A stretch of 64,000 bases of DNA from the IMG/VR virus record IMGVR_UViG_3300030419_006315; one strand, 5' to 3'. The notes under the pieces are model-generated. The model was not told the DNA's origin and searched no databases. It saw nothing but the letters and a program-made list of their open reading frames with translations. The DNA is from an uncultured virus (IMG/VR IMGVR_UViG_3300030419_006315) (taxonomy: Duplodnaviria > Heunggongvirae > Uroviricota > Caudoviricetes). The position numbers and the translations under genes are program-made. Below, piece after piece: positions 27,951 to 38,232 of this stretch (position 1 is the stretch's first letter; every line of letters begins with the position of its first letter).

Positions 27951-28648
27951 ACAGTAAAGTAATAATTGTAGAGGGCTTGATTGGGGCAGGCAAGAGTTCT
28001 CTTACAAAAGAACTTGCCCAGACATTGGGGAGCGATACACTTTATTTGATGGAGCCAGACGAAAAAGACGGTGCCAACCCTTATCTCTCCGATTTTTATG
28101 GAAATCAGAGACGTTGGGCATTTACAATGCAGACACACTTGCTTCAGGCTCGATTCCGAATGCATCTTCAGGCACAGTGGCATGCGATGAACAACCAAGG
28201 CCACGCTCTGCTCGATCGAAGCTATTTTGGTGATACTGCCTTTGCACGACTCCAAGTAAAGACGGGTGCGATGACAGAAAATGAGTTTGAAACTTATAAG
28301 GGCATTTACCATGCCATGACCGCAAGTGTGTTGTTGCCAAGTGTCTGTGTGAGACTTCAAGTAGCCCCTGAGGTTGCTGCTGAACGAATTCGGCGGAGGA
28401 TGGAACTACAGACTGGCCGAAAGTGTGAAGATGTGATTGACCTGGGGTATCTACGAGATTTAGATCGAGAGATCAACCACATGGTGAATGTGCTGAATTC
28501 TCAGGGCGTCCAAATAGTGCATGTTCCGTGGGATACTGATCGAAGCACTCCCGAAGAGCGTGTGGATGCAGTTAAGGAGATTGCTGCCCAGATCATGGAA
28601 ACTCCATCCAAGGATCTGTTTCTAGATCTCCATAGGAGAACTTTATGA
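27947..28648 (+). CDS. deoxynucleoside kinase
   Basis: IIVEGLIGAGKSS, EP, NPYL.DFY, RWAF..Q, LDRS. Confidence 0.9.
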   Translation: MNSKVIIVEGLIGAGKSSLTKELAQTLGSDTLYLMEPDEKDGANPYLSDFYGNQRRWAFTMQTHLLQARFRMHLQAQWHAMNNQGHALLDRSYFGDTAFARLQVKTGAMTENEFETYKGIYHAMTASVLLPSVCVRLQVAPEVAAERIRRRMELQTGRKCEDVIDLGYLRDLDREINHMVNVLNSQGVQIVHVPWDTDRSTPEERVDAVKEIAAQIMETPSKDLFLDLHRRTL

Positions 28649-29037
28649 TTAGAGCAATACTATTGAGCTTAGCGGTGACAGCACTTGATCCAAGTGTCTT
28701 CACCACGCAAACCAACTACAAGAGGGTGAAAAAAACTGTAGAAGCGAAGATAACTCTTCTGGCTCAGCCTGGTTGGAAATTTAATTCCCAATATCCTCTT
28801 TGGCTTCACGCATATAAAAACAAAGTTCACACCGACAATAGGGTGCGCGGTGAGGTTATTTATTCAACACTTTCTGACAATTCAGGGACAGAATTTATAT
28901 TTCGTGTTCCTGTCAAACAAATTAGATTGACAAAAGATAAATTATTTGTTAAAATAAACTTTAGCTTCTGTAGTAAAACTACATGTAAAGTTTGGAGAGG
29001 CGAATTGTTTGAATTTACAAAAAAGGATTTAAAGTGA
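28645..29037 (+). CDS. secreted hypothetical protein
   Basis: N-terminal signal; C-terminal FSFCSKTTC. Confidence 0.55.
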   Translation: MIRAILLSLAVTALDPSVFTTQTNYKRVKKTVEAKITLLAQPGWKFNSQYPLWLHAYKNKVHTDNRVRGEVIYSTLSDNSGTEFIFRVPVKQIRLTKDKLFVKINFSFCSKTTCKVWRGELFEFTKKDLK

Positions 29038-29513
29038 ATATTAGAGTATATCGCATTAGACAAGATGCAAAGCTGCCTGTGCGAGCGCACAGTACGGACG
29101 CAGGAGCAGACCTGTTTTACTGCCCAGATATGAATCGAGCCGACCCTCCTTGCGATCGCCACGAAGACGGCACTTTCCATATCAGTCCCGGCGCATCATG
29201 TATTTTGCCCACAGGAATCAAGGTAGAGATTCCCAAAGGTCACATGTTGGAAATTAAAAACAAATCTGGTATTGCTTCGAAACAACAGTTGTTGGTTGGA
29301 GCGTGCGTTGTCGATGCGGGGTACAATGGTGAGGTTTTTGTGAACCTTCACAATATTGGCAACGAAACAAAGAGGATCGCCCCTGGCCAGAAGATCGCTC
29401 AAGCTGTACTAGTGCCAATCGTCACATGCGGCATCGAAGAAGCAAAGTACGACACTTTGAACTATGAGGCGAGCAGGGGAGAGGGAGGTTTCGGCTCCAC
29501 AGGTCTGTCTTAA
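29034..29513 (+). CDS. dut: trimeric dUTPase
   Basis: DAGADL, KSG, VVDAGYNGE, IAQ, RGEGGFGSTG. Confidence 0.95.
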   Translation: MNIRVYRIRQDAKLPVRAHSTDAGADLFYCPDMNRADPPCDRHEDGTFHISPGASCILPTGIKVEIPKGHMLEIKNKSGIASKQQLLVGACVVDAGYNGEVFVNLHNIGNETKRIAPGQKIAQAVLVPIVTCGIEEAKYDTLNYEASRGEGGFGSTGLS

Positions 29514-29746
29514 TGGGTTTTGCGAGAAAACATAAGCGAAGGAAGCAGAGAGCAACCGATAAGAAAGCCGTTAACGAGATGGCAAAACAGCTTGAATATA
29601 TGCAAAATATGCCAGGTAACTGTAGCGACTGTGATTTTCCCTTTGAGAGGAATAAAGAGACTGTGAATACCTGGAGAGTTGAGTGCAACTTTGAGGAAGC
29701 CACGACTAGATTAATATGTCCAGATTGCCAAAAGGAGACCGGATGA
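29513..29746 (+). CDS. small Zn-finger-like protein
   Basis: CxxC...CxxC; overlaps both neighbours. Confidence 0.6.
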   Translation: MGFARKHKRRKQRATDKKAVNEMAKQLEYMQNMPGNCSDCDFPFERNKETVNTWRVECNFEEATTRLICPDCQKETG

Positions 29747-30771
29747 TTACTGCCTTGACTTATGACGATGTGCTTTTAGTGCCTAAATACAGCGAGATTT
29801 CCAGCAGGAAAGAAATTGATATAGGCAACGACCTGGATGATTGCATAAGGTTGGAACTACCAGTTATCGCCAGTCCGATGGATACCATTTGCGGACCTGA
29901 GATGGCAGCGGCCCTATCTAGATCTGGTGGCTTAGGTGTGATTCATCGTTATAACAGCATTAGAGAGCAGGCAAACATGGTTTCTTATGCAAGAGACATC
30001 TTGCAACAAAAACAGGAAAGATGTATCATCGGCGCAGCCGTTGGCGTCACCGGCGACTACATGTTGCGTACCACAGCTTTAGTTACTCATGGCGCTGAAG
30101 TTATCTGCATTGACGTTGCTCATGGCGACCATTTGATGATGAAAGAGGCGCTGACGGACCTCAAACATGAATTTGGAAACTCTGTTCATTTCATGGCAGG
30201 TAATGTAGCTACTGCTGATGCATATAAGCGTCTTTGCGATTGGGGAGCAGACAGTGTTCGTGTAGGGATTGGAGGAGGGTCCATTTGTTCGACTCGTATT
30301 CAGACCGGCCATGGCGTACCAAATATAGAGGCGATAAGAGAGTGTGCTTTGGTGGAGTATGATATCCCGATTGTAGCCGATGGTGGAATCAAAACCTCAG
30401 GCGATGCAGTGAAGGCACTGGCTGTTGGCGCAGACTTTGTTATGGTAGGTTCTTTGTTGGCAGGCACAACCGAAACGCCTGGAGACATCGTTGGCATCGA
30501 TGGTGTTAAGTACAAGGCTTACCGGGGCATGGCTTCCGCAGAAGCTCAAACAGAGTGGAGGGGGGATTATTCCTTTGCTGAAGGCATCTCCACTAGAGTT
30601 CCCTATGTCGGAGATGTTGACGCTGTGCTGGCGACAATCAAGGGAGGGATTCTTTCTGGATTCTCCTACAGTGGGGCTAGAAACATCCAAGAGCTTTGGT
30701 TAAAGTCCGAGTTCATTCGCCAAACTGGTGCAGGGCAGCTTGAGAGTTCGACACACATTTTGAACAAATAA
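29743..30771 (+). CDS. guaB: IMP dehydrogenase / GMP reductase (no CBS domains)
   Basis: LTYDDVLLVP, SPMDT, IDVAHG, GIGGGSICSTR, ADGGI, YRGMAS. Confidence 0.88.
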   Translation: MITALTYDDVLLVPKYSEISSRKEIDIGNDLDDCIRLELPVIASPMDTICGPEMAAALSRSGGLGVIHRYNSIREQANMVSYARDILQQKQERCIIGAAVGVTGDYMLRTTALVTHGAEVICIDVAHGDHLMMKEALTDLKHEFGNSVHFMAGNVATADAYKRLCDWGADSVRVGIGGGSICSTRIQTGHGVPNIEAIRECALVEYDIPIVADGGIKTSGDAVKALAVGADFVMVGSLLAGTTETPGDIVGIDGVKYKAYRGMASAEAQTEWRGDYSFAEGISTRVPYVGDVDAVLATIKGGILSGFSYSGARNIQELWLKSEFIRQTGAGQLESSTHILNK

Positions 30772-31100
30772 TGAATAGGTATGGACAAGGGCAAAAAGGT
30801 TTAAAATTCGTTATAGACGAGAAAAAGCATGTCGATCTCAGATTAAGGCTTAGGCATGATGAATTATCACAAGTTAAATTTTTCAAAGCAATTGTCGATG
30901 GTTACCTGGCAAACGATGAACTGATTATTAATTTTATCAACAATTATAAAGAAAAAGAAAAGATTCAGAGTGCGACAAAAAGAAAAAAATCTATGAGACT
31001 AATAAAGGACGGTAAAGAGCAGGCTAAAAAGTTTGCTTTTTCCGAAGAAGAAATAGAAAACATATTTGATATTATAGAAGGAGAAGAAGAGATATTTTGA
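30771..31100 (+). CDS. hypothetical protein
   Basis: translationally coupled 109-aa ORF. Confidence 0.65.
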   Translation: MNRYGQGQKGLKFVIDEKKHVDLRLRLRHDELSQVKFFKAIVDGYLANDELIINFINNYKEKEKIQSATKRKKSMRLIKDGKEQAKKFAFSEEEIENIFDIIEGEEEIF

Positions 31101-31357
31101 AAGAATGTACAAAAAAATGTTTAGAACACGATGTATCCTGTCCTATCGAGGATTGCCGGATGTGGATAGATTTTGATGAAGATCTTAACTGCACCGAGAT
31201 CGCTGTTGCGAAGAATGGCAGGATGACATTGCGCCAAGTATCTGAAAGGATTGGCGTTAGTTTCGTCAGAATTAAACAAATTGAAGACAGTTTAAAAATA
31301 AAGTTGAAAAAAAAGATGAACAAATTCAATAAAATAAATAATTGCCTTTTACCGTAA
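31097..31357 (+). CDS. Cys-rich protein with sigma-70 region 4-like HTH
   Basis: MTLRQVSERIGVSFVRIKQIE matches TL.E+G...GVTRERIRQIE. Confidence 0.7.
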   Translation: MKECTKKCLEHDVSCPIEDCRMWIDFDEDLNCTEIAVAKNGRMTLRQVSERIGVSFVRIKQIEDSLKIKLKKKMNKFNKINNCLLP

Positions 31358-31409
31358 TAAACACTACTTATATTGAAAGCTATTTTTGTATTTTAAGGAG
31401 AACAAATCA

Positions 31410-32021
31410 ATGAGCAGCCGCAAACCACTATTGTCCGAGAACACAGTTAGACGCTTTATGAAGCTTGCTACACTGGACAACACCCTCGCCGAAAACTTTG
31501 TAGATACTCTGGAAGAAGAAGTGACAGAGGAAGCTACCGAGGAAACTGAGGCTCTCGAAGAGACCACAGAAGAGGAAGAAACTCTCGAAGAAACAGAGAC
31601 AACCGAAGAGGATACTCTAGAAGAGGCCCCTGCTGAAGAAGTCAATGAAGAAACGGTAGAAATGGCTGAAGAGACCACCGAGGTGGCCGAAGAGATGCAC
31701 GCCGAAGAAGAAGGCGAGGTCGATGCTGAGGTCGTTGAGAAGTTGGTCGCTGCTATTGCGGATGCTGTCAGTGACGTAACTGGCGTTGAGGTCGGCGTGG
31801 ATGCTGGCGAAGAAGCCCCCGCTGAGGACGAGATGGATCTGGAAGATGAGGTTGCAGAAGAGGAGCCTGCCATGGGTCATGAGACAATGGAAGAGACTGC
31901 CGCAGCTACAACCGAAGAGACCGAGACCCCCGCAGCCCCAAGCACTGATATCACCGAAGCTCTTTTGGATGAGATCACCCGCCGCGTTGCTGCTAGACTC
32001 GTTCGTGAAGCTAAGAAATAA
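31410..32021 (+). CDS. highly acidic protein (possible prohead core/internal protein)
   Basis: Glu/Thr-rich, repeated LEE units; SD AAGGAG; ACTACTTA upstream. Confidence 0.7.
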   Translation: MSSRKPLLSENTVRRFMKLATLDNTLAENFVDTLEEEVTEEATEETEALEETTEEEETLEETETTEEDTLEEAPAEEVNEETVEMAEETTEVAEEMHAEEEGEVDAEVVEKLVAAIADAVSDVTGVEVGVDAGEEAPAEDEMDLEDEVAEEEPAMGHETMEETAAATTEETETPAAPSTDITEALLDEITRRVAARLVREAKK

Positions 32022-32039
32022 ACAAACTTACTAAAAAAA

Positions 32040-32081
32040 AGCGTTAATAGGCGATAACAATCTTATTAACGCTATTTTTTT
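32040..32081 (+). terminator. intrinsic terminator (possibly bidirectional)
   Basis: AGCGTTAATAGG / CTTATTAACGCT stem with A-tract before and T-tract after. Confidence 0.75.
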
Positions 32082-32083
32082 GC

Positions 32084-32112
32084 TTGACTAACCCCCCTTA
32101 TCATGGTATGCT
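32084..32112 (+). promoter_or_regulatory. sigma70-type promoter, leaderless
   Basis: TTGACT-17-TATGCT, ATG 7 nt downstream. Confidence 0.6.
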
Positions 32113-32119
32113 ATAAAGC

Positions 32120-32515
32120 ATGGAACAAAACACAATAGATCTTATACAAACATTCCTTTGGTTCCTTGGCGGAGCCGTAACCTACAGATTTTTATACACA
32201 GTACTTAACTTTGGACAACTTACCATTGTTTTTGAAGAGATGAATAAGAGAATTATAATGTTGGCATATCTTATGGATGGCGATATAGACTTTATACGTA
32301 AGAAGAAGTACGAATATCTCAAAGAGGGAGGAATGGCCAAAAAAGAGTTACAGTTTATTAAAGAGTTGGATGAACGTATTGTAAGCACTTGGAAGGATGG
32401 TATTGTCAAGAGGTTCTTCACAGTCTATCCGCCATCGATGTATCGTATTTTACAGTTTCACGATTGGGATAGCGCCGTCAAATACGCTGCAGAAAACATC
32501 AAAAAAGAAAGTTAA
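32120..32515 (+). CDS. hypothetical membrane-anchored protein
   Basis: N-terminal hydrophobic helix. Confidence 0.6.
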   Translation: MEQNTIDLIQTFLWFLGGAVTYRFLYTVLNFGQLTIVFEEMNKRIIMLAYLMDGDIDFIRKKKYEYLKEGGMAKKELQFIKELDERIVSTWKDGIVKRFFTVYPPSMYRILQFHDWDSAVKYAAENIKKES

Positions 32516-32539
32516 ACATTTTAGTAACTATATAACATT

Positions 32540-32842
32540 ATGGGACAAGAGATGATTCAAGCATATACCTGGAAAGAAGCATCAGAAGAGAAGGTTGACT
32601 ACAAGGTTCAAGTTGAGATCTTGGGTGCAACAAAATGGACTCAAAACAAAGTTAAAAAGATGTTTAACGATTGGGTTCAATTTATCGAGGGCCACTCCCA
32701 CAGAGAGAATAAGATTATCATTGGTTACAAGAGGCCATTCGAAAATGAGAAAGAATGGAAAAAGTGGGTCAAAGAGTTCCCCCACAGTGTTTATCAAATC
32801 AAGAAAAACGGAACAGCTAAGCTTCTAAAGAAAGGAAAATAA
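32540..32842 (+). CDS. hypothetical protein
   Basis: 100-aa ORF abutting the clpP-like gene. Confidence 0.6.
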   Translation: MGQEMIQAYTWKEASEEKVDYKVQVEILGATKWTQNKVKKMFNDWVQFIEGHSHRENKIIIGYKRPFENEKEWKKWVKEFPHSVYQIKKNGTAKLLKKGK

Positions 32843-33514
32843 ATGCCAAGAAAAAAAGCAGCAGAGGAGCAGTCATGGTCCTGCCCTAATTGTGCTCCGC
32901 CTGAGGAGGAGGATGGCCTCGAAGAGGAGTTCGATTTGATGATGCTACCACAGATGCTACCCCCGGCGAAGCCAGAGATGCGAACGGTGGGCCTTTACGG
33001 AGATATCGGCGTAGAAAAAGGAATGGAGACGGTTTATTCACTCTTCGCTCTCAAGGACAGCGGCAAAGAGATTGACCTTGAGACGGAAGAAGTCAGTTAT
33101 AAGCCAATTGAGATGATTATTTGCACCGGAGGTGGTGCCGCAACTGATATGTTTGCGATCTACGATACAATGAGGATTGTTCGCCAGGATTGCGAGATCT
33201 CTACATTAGGAATCGGAGAGGTGATGTCCGCCGGCGTTTTAGTCCTCGCTTCAGGCACGAAGGGAAAGAGAAAGATTGGTGCAAACTGCCGCTTGATGCT
33301 ACATAGTGTATCAGCAGGTCACCACGGTTCGCTCTTCACCTTAGAGAATGAGTTTGATGAATTTAAGTGGATGCAAGAGAGATATTTTGCAGCAATCGCT
33401 GCAGAAAGTAAATTAAAGAGTAGGCAAATTAAAAAGATCCTTGATCAAAAGGTGAACGTCTACTTTGATGCTGAACAGGCAGTAAAGTATGGACTGGCTG
33501 ACGAAATTATTTAA
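32843..33514 (+). CDS. clpP: ClpP-like protease subunit
   Basis: I.M.I.T.GG, FAIYDTM, G..MSAG..VL.SG.KGKR, MLH, YFDAEQA..YGL.DEI. Confidence 0.85.
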   Translation: MPRKKAAEEQSWSCPNCAPPEEEDGLEEEFDLMMLPQMLPPAKPEMRTVGLYGDIGVEKGMETVYSLFALKDSGKEIDLETEEVSYKPIEMIICTGGGAATDMFAIYDTMRIVRQDCEISTLGIGEVMSAGVLVLASGTKGKRKIGANCRLMLHSVSAGHHGSLFTLENEFDEFKWMQERYFAAIAAESKLKSRQIKKILDQKVNVYFDAEQAVKYGLADEII

Positions 33515-33524
33515 TTGGATTGCA

Positions 33525-34436
33525 ATGAAGTTTAAAGATATATTAAATTATAATCGTAAATCTGCGGAGGATAATGGGTGGGATCCGTCATGGTTTGGAA
33601 CAACATCGTTTGATTCTGAACTTGTCAAGCAAGTGAAGATCTTCCAAAACCAACACAACCTTGAAGTTGATGGTATGGTTGGTCCCGCAACTTTTAGGCG
33701 CATTGAAACGAAGAGAGAGTCAGAAGTTGTTGAAGAGGAAGTTGTTGTGGCTGAAGATAGGGACCTAGTAGAACACATTGTCTGCAATGGTGAAAAAGTC
33801 GCCATTGATTGGCATGCCGTAGTCACTATGGAAGAGAAGGGTGCCCTTGTTTTGCCTGAGAATTGTTATCGCGAACAAAAAAAGGAACGTAAACCCTCTT
33901 TGATTGTAACTCATTGGGATGCAGCCCTATCCGCGTCCTCTTGCCACAGGATTCTAAAAAAGAGGAAGATCTCCTCTCACTTTGTCATCGATAACGATGG
34001 CACAATCTATCAACTGATGGACACCAATCATATCGCTTGGCATGCAAAGGGTGTCAACAACATTAGCATTGGTGTCGACTTTAGTAATGCATATTACCCT
34101 AAATATCAAAAATGGTACACCAAAAAGGGCTTTGGTCGCCGTCCGGTTCTTGACGATTCCGTTACTCACGGCTACAAGCACAAACCCCATCTTGGTTATT
34201 ACGAGGTTCAGCTAAATGCATATAAAGCCTTACTCAAGGCTCTTTGTGATCACTATGACATACCAAAAAGCTGCCCCACCGACGCTATTAGCAAAAAGTT
34301 GATCACTGATGTCTACAAACCTGCCAAAGATGGCATGTATGAGGGTGTTGTGTGTCACTACCATCTTGCCCGCAAAAAGATTGACTGCGCTGGCCTGAAA
34401 TTAGACGAAATTATTAAAGAACTTAACGAAAGTTAA
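33525..34436 (+). CDS. N-acetylmuramoyl-L-alanine amidase with peptidoglycan-binding domain
   Basis: FQ..HNL.VDG.VGP.T; IVTHW, SSHFVID.DGTIYQ, AWHA, N..SIG, K.DC. Confidence 0.88.
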   Translation: MKFKDILNYNRKSAEDNGWDPSWFGTTSFDSELVKQVKIFQNQHNLEVDGMVGPATFRRIETKRESEVVEEEVVVAEDRDLVEHIVCNGEKVAIDWHAVVTMEEKGALVLPENCYREQKKERKPSLIVTHWDAALSASSCHRILKKRKISSHFVIDNDGTIYQLMDTNHIAWHAKGVNNISIGVDFSNAYYPKYQKWYTKKGFGRRPVLDDSVTHGYKHKPHLGYYEVQLNAYKALLKALCDHYDIPKSCPTDAISKKLITDVYKPAKDGMYEGVVCHYHLARKKIDCAGLKLDEIIKELNES

Positions 34437-34450
34437 ATCTAATTACTATT

Positions 34451-35920
34451 ATGGAAAAAGATAAAGATTTAGACAACTTAGTTGAAGACTTCTTCAATCC
34501 GAAGAAGAAAAGTGTGTCCCTAGATGAACTGGTACAGTTGATCGAAGAGGAAATGGATAATTTCAATCCCCTTTTAATAAAAGAGGAGCAAGTAAGGTTC
34601 AGCACAACCATCGCAATCCCAAGGCTAACGCCATCCGAGGCTTTTGGAGATCCAGCCTCTCAGAGTAGAGACGAAATCAACAAGATCTTTTCTGCCATCA
34701 CTGGTGGACAGGATATCAAAGCTAGGATTGAGAGTATTAATAGATTTTTAAGTCCCGAGTCTGCAAAGAGGAAGAGATCTCCAAGAGTCATCATTAATAT
34801 GATGATGATTGTCGAGGCACTCCAGGCTACGCTCAATGATTATAATGAGAGTGCTGCAGGGTTTGTATTTGAGGGTTTCATGGCCGCACTAACTGGCGGC
34901 AAGCAAATCGCCGGCCGTGTCGCTGGTACGCTTCCCATTGAAGATTTTGTTGCCTTTTCTGAGTTTGGGTCCGACCAGCCCGTAAGCCTCAAGCTACTCA
35001 GCGGCAAGACTCCGGTCAAAGGCAGTTTTACAAATATCGTAGACTTCCTTCTCGTTCGAGGAGCCCCTGCAATCAAGTATTTGGTTGCTTATAAGTTGAC
35101 TTCCTCAAAAACTGGTGTGGAGAAGTTGAACATCTTTGCTTTTGATATTACAAGAGAAAACTTTGTTGACTTTATCGTTGGGTCAGCCGGCGCAAGTCTT
35201 TTTAATCCCTACAGTGCAGCGGATGTTAAAGAGGTTATGAATGCTTTTGCGGCAGACCCCGAAGGCAATCTGCCAGAGGTTGCGAAAGTTATTACTAAAC
35301 TTAGTGGATACCAGAGAGCCGGCCTTCTTAACAAGTATGTCGAGACGGGCGAGTTGCCCAGAGATAAGACTCCCGAAGAAGAAGAGAAAGAGTTGGCAGC
35401 AGCAGACGAGAGAAGTCAGGCTGCTTATTTGAGAACTCTGAAGACCAGCGATCCAGAAAGGTTTGACCAACTGATGGCGGCTAGGAAGGAGCGCAGAAAG
35501 CGTGAAAAAGAGCAAGCCAAGGCAATGAACGAAAGTTTGGATAATGGAGAGTCGACTCTGAATGAGGGCTTCCATTTCCTAGAAAAATCCAGCCTTATCA
35601 CTGAAGGATCGGAAAGTCAGTGGATGGCTAGCTTGGCACAGCTAGAGACAATGAGCGATGCCATCAATTGGCAGTCTTTTGGAGAGTTAGACCTTTCGCA
35701 GAGTAATATCAATGAGCTTACAGAGATTTACTCCGACATCTTAGGTGATCAATTGAGGACTTTGCTTGAGAACACGAAAGATCTGACAGAAAACATTGGC
35801 ACCTATTATGCTGCCAAAAGAAGAAGCAAAGCTCAGGCGGCAGGTCGAGTCGCTGAAAAGAAGGCAGAAGATATCAAAACTGCTTTGGAAGAAGATCCCA
35901 GATATAAAGAAAAGCAATAA
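34451..35920 (+). CDS. hypothetical protein (possible PD-(D/E)xK-like central domain)
   Basis: 489-aa ORF; AGFVFEGFMAAL..G...D...SLK pattern. Confidence 0.65.
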   Translation: MEKDKDLDNLVEDFFNPKKKSVSLDELVQLIEEEMDNFNPLLIKEEQVRFSTTIAIPRLTPSEAFGDPASQSRDEINKIFSAITGGQDIKARIESINRFLSPESAKRKRSPRVIINMMMIVEALQATLNDYNESAAGFVFEGFMAALTGGKQIAGRVAGTLPIEDFVAFSEFGSDQPVSLKLLSGKTPVKGSFTNIVDFLLVRGAPAIKYLVAYKLTSSKTGVEKLNIFAFDITRENFVDFIVGSAGASLFNPYSAADVKEVMNAFAADPEGNLPEVAKVITKLSGYQRAGLLNKYVETGELPRDKTPEEEEKELAAADERSQAAYLRTLKTSDPERFDQLMAARKERRKREKEQAKAMNESLDNGESTLNEGFHFLEKSSLITEGSESQWMASLAQLETMSDAINWQSFGELDLSQSNINELTEIYSDILGDQLRTLLENTKDLTENIGTYYAAKRRSKAQAAGRVAEKKAEDIKTALEEDPRYKEKQ

Positions 35921-35978
35921 AATATTTAAATCCCATTTACAGTTATGTTATTATTAAGACACCACTATAGGAGGATCT

Positions 35979-37547
35979 GTGTCAAAAAAATATAGTTCTA
36001 ACCAAGAACTGCAACAGAAAATACTCAATGGAATCAACACGTTGGCCGATAATGTGGCCTCGACGTTGGGACCAAAGGGTAGGAATGTTATCATTCACCA
36101 AAAGGGTAAGCATCCTTTTATAACAAAAGATGGCGTTACGGTGGCACAATTTGTTAATTTAGAAGATCCATTTGAGAACGTCGGCGCAGAGATCATTAAA
36201 CAAGCATCAGAACAAACAAACAACGACGCCGGCGACGGTACAACGACTGCCACAGTTTTGGCTCGTGCCATTTATGACCGAGCGCAAAAGTATCTACTTG
36301 CCGGGTCATCTCCGGTTGAGATCAAGAGAGGTATTGACAAAGCTGTCGAAGTAATCGTCAGAAATATAGAAGAATTGTCGAAGCCCATCTCAAGCAAAGA
36401 TGACATCGAGCACGTTGCTACAATTTCCGCCAATGGCGATAGAGCCATAGGAAACTTGGTTGCAACAGCCATTGACCAAGCGGGAAAGGATGGCTCTGTA
36501 ACGATCGAGGAAGCAAGATCGGTAGATACTAGCCTAGAGATCGTAGAGGGCTTTAGATTTGATTCTGGGTACGCTGCTGGCGCATTTGTGAACAACGAGA
36601 GAAGAGGTGTCGTTCAATACGACGACCCGTTGTTCCTAATTTGTGATACTAAGATTGAAACAGTGGAAGAAATCCTTCCAGTTCTTGAAGTCGTCGCCCG
36701 AGAAGGCCGCCCGTTCGTTATTGTTGCTGAAGAGATAGAAGGGCAAGCCTTGGCTGCGTTGATTATGAACGCTGTCCGTGGAACTATGCAGGTCGCAGCG
36801 GCTAAAGCTCCAAGATACGGAGAGGAAAGGAGAAACATCCTTAAAGACTTGGCGCTAGCGACTGGAGCAGCCTTTGTCTCCAGAGAATCAAGACTTGAAA
36901 TGAAAGATGTCAAGCTAGAACACCTGGGGACATCTAAGTCAGTTGAAATTTCCAAGAATCTGACCACCATTGTCGATGGCGCTGGTGATTATGAAATGAT
37001 CGATGAGAGAATCCAGATACTTAAAGATGAACTGAAGGAAACAGAAGATCTTAAAGAATGCGAAAGAGTTCAGGAGAGGATCACCAGGCTTCTTAGTGGT
37101 GTCGCAATCATCAAGGTCGGCGCAGCTACACAAGTCGAGATGATAGAAAAGAAGCACCGCATTGAAGACGCGCTAGAGGCCGTTCGGTCTGCACAGCTAG
37201 AAGGAGTTGTACCTGGCGGAGGAGTGGCATTGATACGATCAACTGCTAACCTACAAGTAGCAACAGATAATGAAATTGAGAGAATGGGCGTTGATATTGT
37301 TTTGGACGCCGCTACAGAGCCTCTTCGGCAAATGGCAACAAATGCTGGCGAGAGCCCTGACTTGATAGTTTCTGCCGTTTCGGAGGAAGAAGGTGCGAGA
37401 GGGTATGACTACTACACCGGTGAAATTGTTGACATGTTCGAGACAGGAGTCCTAGACCCTGCCAAGGTGACCCGCTGCGCATTGCAAAATGCCGCTTCGG
37501 TCGCCGGAACTTTAATTACAACAAATCACGCTATTGTAGAAAAGTAA
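35979..37547 (+). CDS. groEL: chaperonin GroEL
   Basis: TLGPKGRNV, ITKDGVTVA, AGDGTTTATVLA, EG.VPGGG, DPAKVTR.ALQNAAS. Confidence 0.96.
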   Translation: MSKKYSSNQELQQKILNGINTLADNVASTLGPKGRNVIIHQKGKHPFITKDGVTVAQFVNLEDPFENVGAEIIKQASEQTNNDAGDGTTTATVLARAIYDRAQKYLLAGSSPVEIKRGIDKAVEVIVRNIEELSKPISSKDDIEHVATISANGDRAIGNLVATAIDQAGKDGSVTIEEARSVDTSLEIVEGFRFDSGYAAGAFVNNERRGVVQYDDPLFLICDTKIETVEEILPVLEVVAREGRPFVIVAEEIEGQALAALIMNAVRGTMQVAAAKAPRYGEERRNILKDLALATGAAFVSRESRLEMKDVKLEHLGTSKSVEISKNLTTIVDGAGDYEMIDERIQILKDELKETEDLKECERVQERITRLLSGVAIIKVGAATQVEMIEKKHRIEDALEAVRSAQLEGVVPGGGVALIRSTANLQVATDNEIERMGVDIVLDAATEPLRQMATNAGESPDLIVSAVSEEEGARGYDYYTGEIVDMFETGVLDPAKVTRCALQNAASVAGTLITTNHAIVEK

Positions 37548-37563
37548 ACTACTTAATTGTGAT

Positions 37564-37854
37564 ATGGAAGATAACACTACCAACACTCTGATAGAGATAA
37601 GGGGTCAAATTCAACACATTGTTGATGGCATTGACACCATCAAGGAAAAGCAGATTCTTTTGGCCGAGGACATTTCTAGGATCAAGGAGGCAGTATACCA
37701 TCCGGACGTGGGGTTATACGCTCGCCTTAGAGAACTTGACACTAGGCTTAAAACAATGGAAAGTTTCAGGACAAATACCACTAGGTTTATGTGGATAGTT
37801 GTTGTCGCTGGGGTATCTATGTTTTTTGCAATATTTCAGAAACAAATAATGTAA
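37564..37854 (+). CDS. coiled-coil protein with C-terminal TM helix
   Basis: C-terminal FMWIVVVAGVSMFFAIF; ACTACTTA upstream. Confidence 0.6.
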   Translation: MEDNTTNTLIEIRGQIQHIVDGIDTIKEKQILLAEDISRIKEAVYHPDVGLYARLRELDTRLKTMESFRTNTTRFMWIVVVAGVSMFFAIFQKQIM

Positions 37855-37863
37855 TAATATTCC

Positions 37864-37892
37864 TTGACTCAACCCACCACTTTTGTTATAAT
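37864..37892 (+). promoter_or_regulatory. sigma70-type promoter
   Basis: TTGACT-17-TATAAT with extended -10 TG. Confidence 0.75.
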
Positions 37893-37914
37893 TAAAACAT
37901 GAATAGGAGAAACT

Positions 37915-38232
37915 ATGAAGCTTAAGATAAGTGAAACCATAGACGCATCAGAGCTTTCCTCTAGGTTGGAGCAGATGGTCGATGAGGTGAAGAATAAGTT
38001 GGTATCTCAAGTTGTTCTTTGTGAAAAAACAAAGGGCGACATTAGATTCGTTGTAGAGAGGCCAGATAAGGCCGGAAGAAATGCAGTCACAAATATTAAC
38101 TTATTGCGACAGGCGATTTTCGATGCAGATCTTAAGTTGGAAGACGTGTTGATGATATTAGATGGATACAACCAAATTCTAGATAACAAGAAGAAGCAAC
38201 AGGAGGAAGAAAGTGGTAGTCAAGCTGATTGA
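37915..38232 (+). CDS. hypothetical protein
   Basis: SD AGGAG; coiled-coil-like. Confidence 0.65.
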   Translation: MKLKISETIDASELSSRLEQMVDEVKNKLVSQVVLCEKTKGDIRFVVERPDKAGRNAVTNINLLRQAIFDADLKLEDVLMILDGYNQILDNKKKQQEEESGSQAD

